NCBI GenBank assembly: GCA_051252375.1
Contig: JBPOFY010000002.1
Span: forward strand, 224,001-288,000
Source of the DNA: Opitutaceae bacterium
GTDB lineage: Bacteria > Verrucomicrobiota > Verrucomicrobiia > Opitutales > Coraliomargaritaceae
DNA length: 64,000 nucleotides
Direction of reading: 5' to 3'
Below the pieces are notes generated by a model, which was not told where the DNA came from, did no database searches, and worked only from the letters and a program-made list of their open reading frames with translations. The position numbers and the translations under genes are program-made. Below are positions 59,676-64,000 of this stretch, piece by piece (within the stretch, counting starts at the first letter, position 1; every line of letters starts with the position of its first letter).

Positions 59676-61133
59676 TTAACTGCGCCCCCTGCGTTCCAGT
59701 CGATCGACAAACTCCTGCATAATCATCATGTAAAGTTCGTCTCCCAGATAAGCGTCTTCTACTCCGTGTTCGATACTGGGATTATCATTCACCTCGATCA
59801 CGTATATGTGCTTCCCCTTCTGCTTGATATCCACCCCATAGAGGCCATTGCCGATAATCGCACTCGCCTTGAGCGCAGCATCGATAACCGCTCGGGGCGC
59901 TTCGAAGGTCGGAATTGTCTCAAAGCTACCCGACTGCCCAGACTTACGACTGGAGGCGTGATTATATATCTGCCAATGGTCGCGTGCCATAAAGTATTTG
60001 CAGGCGTAGATAGCACGCCCGTTGAGCACTCCGATACGCCAATCATAATCCGTGTAAAGATACTCTTGAACCAGAGCCAAAGCAGACTCCTTAAACATCA
60101 ATGCCAATTTATCTTTTAGCTCCTCTCGGTTCGCCACTTTATACACACCGATCGAGAAAGAACTCTCAGGCATTTTCAATACAACTGGATAGCTGAACTT
60201 CGCTTCAATTCGATCCAGCTCTTTCGACTTATTGTTGGAGACAACCAAGGTGCCGGGTGCATGAACGCCATTATAACTGAAGGCGTCATGCAGAAAGATC
60301 TTATTACAACAGCGCATGATCGAAGTCGCATCATCGATCACGACCAACCCTTCGATTTCCGCCTTGCGAGACAAGCGATAGGTGGGGTGATCAATACTCG
60401 TCGTCTCACGGATAAAAAGTGCATCGTATTGCGAAACATACTTAAGCTGATCCGAACGTAAAATCTCAGCTTCAATGCCCACCTTAGAGGCTGCTTTAAC
60501 AAAACGCTTAATTGCCTCAGCGTCGCTCGGGGCTGTCGCTTCATCAGGGTTATAGAGGATCGCCATATCCCAACGATGCTGGCGACGACTCGGGTTGCGC
60601 CAGACTTGTTGAGTAAACACTCGTAAACGTTCATAGAACATCTCGCGCTTATCCTCATTTAACCCTGAAAGGTTTCCACGCTCGACCTGTATTTCGACCC
60701 CATTTTCCCCGCGAGACAAAGTCGCCTTCAATAAAGGCGATGCATAGCGCTCAAATAAAGAACGCGCTACCTTGCGCCATTCTTCATCTGGGACCCAGCC
60801 AAAGAAAATGTCTAACTCCACTGGCACGTCTAAGCTGCCAACGATCTTCGGCAACAACGGTCGCAGAGGCTGATGCCGCTCATCCATGTCATCTTGATAC
60901 CGTAGATCATTGATCGTATTGACACTTGGCAAAACACGGTGCTGCCGTGATTCAGCCAAGAGCGAACAATAATAACCACGGCTCAAATAATGCTCCGTAT
61001 CGCACAAATTTATGATCCGTGTTCGAGGCTCTCCAAGCTTTGGGTAGTCCGCTAAATACTGATCGAAAGTTATTACATTGAGATCTAGCGAGGGTGTCTC
61101 CGCCTGATCAGTCACAACGATGGTTTTATACAT
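59676..61133 (-). CDS. RimK-like ATP-grasp ligase with RLAN N-terminal domain
   Basis: YLSRGYYCSLLAE, FIRETT, DWRIGVL, YGVD, IEVNDNP; start MYKT. Confidence 0.9.
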   Translation of the reverse strand: MYKTIVVTDQAETPSLDLNVITFDQYLADYPKLGEPRTRIINLCDTEHYLSRGYYCSLLAESRQHRVLPSVNTINDLRYQDDMDERHQPLRPLLPKIVGSLDVPVELDIFFGWVPDEEWRKVARSLFERYASPLLKATLSRGENGVEIQVERGNLSGLNEDKREMFYERLRVFTQQVWRNPSRRQHRWDMAILYNPDEATAPSDAEAIKRFVKAASKVGIEAEILRSDQLKYVSQYDALFIRETTSIDHPTYRLSRKAEIEGLVVIDDATSIMRCCNKIFLHDAFSYNGVHAPGTLVVSNNKSKELDRIEAKFSYPVVLKMPESSFSIGVYKVANREELKDKLALMFKESALALVQEYLYTDYDWRIGVLNGRAIYACKYFMARDHWQIYNHASSRKSGQSGSFETIPTFEAPRAVIDAALKASAIIGNGLYGVDIKQKGKHIYVIEVNDNPSIEHGVEDAYLGDELYMMIMQEFVDRLERRGRS

Positions 61134-61484
61134 TAATAAACCTGAGGATAGACAATCAGAACGCAAATACGCCAACCGCGACACTCACATATTCTATCAT
61201 TTAGGTGAGGTGCTATATGAGACTTTTTTTGAAAAAGTCACTCTTATTACAAAGCTATTTTAACCCAGTTTATGCATGTGTGCTTTGCAACTGACGCCCA
61301 AGGGAACGTATATAAATACGTGACTGCGGGGCGGATAGACCGCAAAGTGCGCATGTCGCCTAAGCGTTTTTCGAACACCATAAGGTGACCACATTTTTAA
61401 TGCGATGCATTATAAATGTGGCTGATCAACAATCACTTAGACACCGAGAACTCCTGTTCAAAAACTCGTTTGCAGAATTCGGGT

Positions 61485-62975
61485 TCAAGAGCGCTCGTAA
61501 CGGCTCGGCAGATCATCTGCCCGAGCATTCAATCGCCAGATCAGCCAAGCAAACGCACCGGCTAATGCCCCACCAAGGTGCGCACCGCCGGAGACATAGC
61601 TCACACCAACCATCTGCTGCCCCGCGATGACAAACTGGAAAATCACCCAAATACCAAACATCCAGATAGCACTCATGCGCCACCAATAGGCCTTAAAGAA
61701 AAACCAAAACACCATCGCCAACTGCGTCTTTGGGAATCGCAGAGCGTAAAAAGCAATCACCCCTGAAATCCCCCCACTCGCCCCAATGCACGGCACCGTT
61801 GAATTAGGATCGATTAAGATATGACAAAAATGTCCACTCACCGTGGCGAGGCAAAGTAGACCAAAAAACTCCAAGGACCCGAGGCACTTCTCCACATTAT
61901 CTCCAAAGATGACAAGAAAGTAGAGATTACCGATCAGGTGCAGCAGACCGCCATGCAGGAAAAACGCAGTCAACCAAGTCAAGCCACCCATACGCCCAAA
62001 TTCAGACGGGATTAAGCCATAGGCATCAACAATCGACTGCAGGTCCAGCATCGCGAGCAAGCTCACCACTCCGACGCCAAATGCGAGCACCCAAGTCAGC
62101 CAAGGCTTATCCGCTTTATCCATCCGCCCGAAGGGTTGCTCATCTTCTACTGGCATACCCAATAAGGCCGGCAGCCATTGCCAAAATTGTGTCGGTGAAC
62201 CACCCCAGCCGCTGCGAGATCGATCCGACTTCCGGATGACACTCCGCCGCTGAATCGGCTCAGGCTTCGACATCGTTTGCGAAATCGGCGATTCTCCGGA
62301 ACGTCGAGGGGCTTTCGACTCTCGGTCTGGACGACGGTGGGTCGGCTTACGCTTCGATTTCCTTTTTGAAATCCCCTCGCGTTGCATCACATCCTGTAAC
62401 GATGTGCCCTCACGAGTCGATTGCGCATAAGTCACTCGCTTGCGCTCCACAACGGGTGCCGCCTTCACTTTTAGCGGTGGCGGCGCACTCACTGGCTGCG
62501 ACGGTTCCTTGAGTGGCGGTGGTGCCGATGCGATTTGAACAGGAGGCGACTTCGCTGCCTTCATCGGCGGTGGTGCCGAACGTGCTTGCCGCGTCTGCGC
62601 GATACGCGCGCGCACCGCCGCTTTCAAGTCTTCCGCAGATTGCTTTGTCGGCACAAAATAAGCGAGGTCTGCCCACTCTCCATCATCGAGCCAAACGAAC
62701 TGGCATCCTGTGCAGACGTCGATCTTTCGGGTCTTTCCATCCGCATCGACCGAGATTTCCTCCATAGGCCGCGTGCAACCAGGGCAGGCATGTTTTCTCG
62801 GATATGAGCCCATCCGCGCCCGCTGCCAAAGCCCGTTGATCGCATCGCGATCCACCACCTTACGCAACAAAGACATCGTGAGCGCCGACCCTTCGCAAGT
62901 CGAACAATGCCAAAACACCCCGAAATCATTCTTTCGGCGCGCTAAAGCAGTGTGACACTTTGGGCAATCAGGCAT
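61485..62975 (-). CDS. Rhomboid protease with two N-terminal Zn ribbons
   Basis: CPKC/CSTC/CPGC/CTGC; FLHGG..HLIGN, GASGG, AHLGG. Confidence 0.9.
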   Translation of the reverse strand: MPDCPKCHTALARRKNDFGVFWHCSTCEGSALTMSLLRKVVDRDAINGLWQRARMGSYPRKHACPGCTRPMEEISVDADGKTRKIDVCTGCQFVWLDDGEWADLAYFVPTKQSAEDLKAAVRARIAQTRQARSAPPPMKAAKSPPVQIASAPPPLKEPSQPVSAPPPLKVKAAPVVERKRVTYAQSTREGTSLQDVMQREGISKRKSKRKPTHRRPDRESKAPRRSGESPISQTMSKPEPIQRRSVIRKSDRSRSGWGGSPTQFWQWLPALLGMPVEDEQPFGRMDKADKPWLTWVLAFGVGVVSLLAMLDLQSIVDAYGLIPSEFGRMGGLTWLTAFFLHGGLLHLIGNLYFLVIFGDNVEKCLGSLEFFGLLCLATVSGHFCHILIDPNSTVPCIGASGGISGVIAFYALRFPKTQLAMVFWFFFKAYWWRMSAIWMFGIWVIFQFVIAGQQMVGVSYVSGGAHLGGALAGAFAWLIWRLNARADDLPSRYERS

Positions 62976-63140
62976 TTTCTTAAATGTGTTAGTTCATGAT
63001 ACAGATGCAAGCATCTTGCAGGGCAACTTAGAGGCGACACTAACCGCACCGGTGATGCATACATCGCGCGCTCCATGGTGGCTTAGCCCAACAACATAAA
63101 CTTGATTGATACTGCGATATCAGATGCTATTCACAGTCTA

Positions 63141-64000
63141 ATGCCGGACGACAAAACATTCCCCACCTTCAAATTAAGTAGAAAGCCCAATGACAGGACT
63201 AAAACTGATGAAAGCGCTAAAGCTGAATCAGATGCCGAGGCTAAAAAAACACCACTTTCACTGCTGGTCGGTAAATCAGTGGAACCAGACAAACCGAGCA
63301 ATCAGGAAGTCACTAGCGTCGAACAAATATTGGAGGCAGCATACGCCCCTGATCGCGAAAGATCAAAGTGGGCAAAGCGTAACAAACGAATCGTCACGAT
63401 CAGCATCCTGCTGGCGGTCATGCTACTCTCGACATTCCTCACTTTTGGCTACGCCCACCTCTGGCAAAAATGGCCTTTATTGCAGCCAGTCAGTTGGTAT
63501 ATCCCGTTTATTCTTTCCGTAGTCATCTCCGTTTACTTCTGCATAAAGGCCTATGCGTTATTCTCAAAAGAACGCAGCCACTCACTCGCAATAACAGGAA
63601 TTTGCGCAGCGCTCGGTCTCGCATACTGGAATGTCACCGTCCTAGACTATACGACCCACCCCGAAGCGAGAGCGCCAACAAACTGCTTCTGGGAGCCGCA
63701 GGATATGTCCGAAATGCTACTAGCCTACGAGCTGAATGCCTGCCGTGGATGGAGCACAAACACCGCAACTTATAAGGACATTAGCCTCGAGGACTATCGA
63801 ACAGCCTTTCACGCACTGCCAGTCCCTGAATGGAAAAGCTATTTCAAAACTTATCTATCTGCAGATGAGTTAAGCAAAGTAACTACCATTAATATCAATA
63901 AGAACATGAACGTTGTCGCTGAACGCATGCAACAGCGTCGCACCGAAATCTGGACCGAGTTCGATGAGCTATACAAGAAGCCGCCATTTCTACTAAAGTT
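63141..64000 (+). CDS. Hypothetical membrane protein (partial; runs off the window)
   Basis: Manual translation from ATG 63141 (MPDDKTFPTFKLSRK...) stays open to the window end; about three TM segments. Confidence 0.7.
   Translation, partial: MPDDKTFPTFKLSRKPNDRTKTDESAKAESDAEAKKTPLSLLVGKSVEPDKPSNQEVTSVEQILEAAYAPDRERSKWAKRNKRIVTISILLAVMLLSTFLTFGYAHLWQKWPLLQPVSWYIPFILSVVISVYFCIKAYALFSKERSHSLAITGICAALGLAYWNVTVLDYTTHPEARAPTNCFWEPQDMSEMLLAYELNACRGWSTNTATYKDISLEDYRTAFHALPVPEWKSYFKTYLSADELSKVTTININKNMNVVAERMQQRRTEIWTEFDELYKKPPFLLK

Overview
Chromosomal window from a Verrucomicrobiota bacterium. Gene content and order suggest Opitutia/Puniceicoccales (Coraliomargarita/Lentimonas-like); this assignment is inference. 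(1) 1-12.3 kb: minus-strand dcw operon (mraZ-rsmH-ftsL-ftsI-murE-murF-mraY-murD-LysM-ftsW-murG) with MraZ and DnaA boxes upstream. (2) 12.7-19.55 kb: complete chromosomal integron with a long 451-aa IntI, attI and 8 cassettes with 8 attC sites, several having GAT instead of GTT cores. (3) 19.55-34.6 kb: sulfated-fucan (fucoidan-type) degradation cluster with 3 GH29 fucosidases, 4 sulfatases, 2 esterases and a beta-propeller glycosidase. (4) Housekeeping block (sufE, tatD, two PilT-family ATPases, glgB, lptD, scpA, trxA). (5) 47.56-49.19 kb: an integrase-less 3-cassette array (CALIN) from the same attC family, including a DUF4160/DUF2442 toxin-antitoxin pair. (6) AsmA-like, dciA, rluA, hpf, peptidases, a RimK plus GNAT-C39 pair and a rhomboid. 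Most notable unexplained signals: three putative small RNAs (31.8 kb, and two in tandem at 52.5-52.8 kb) whose different stems present a shared UUAGGGG loop; two cassettes with unrelated-looking genes that share identical 5' and 3' scaffolds and a compensated GAT/ATC recombination core; and a palindromic repeat inserted in frame in a sulfatase. All family assignments come from motif recognition by eye, with no database searches.
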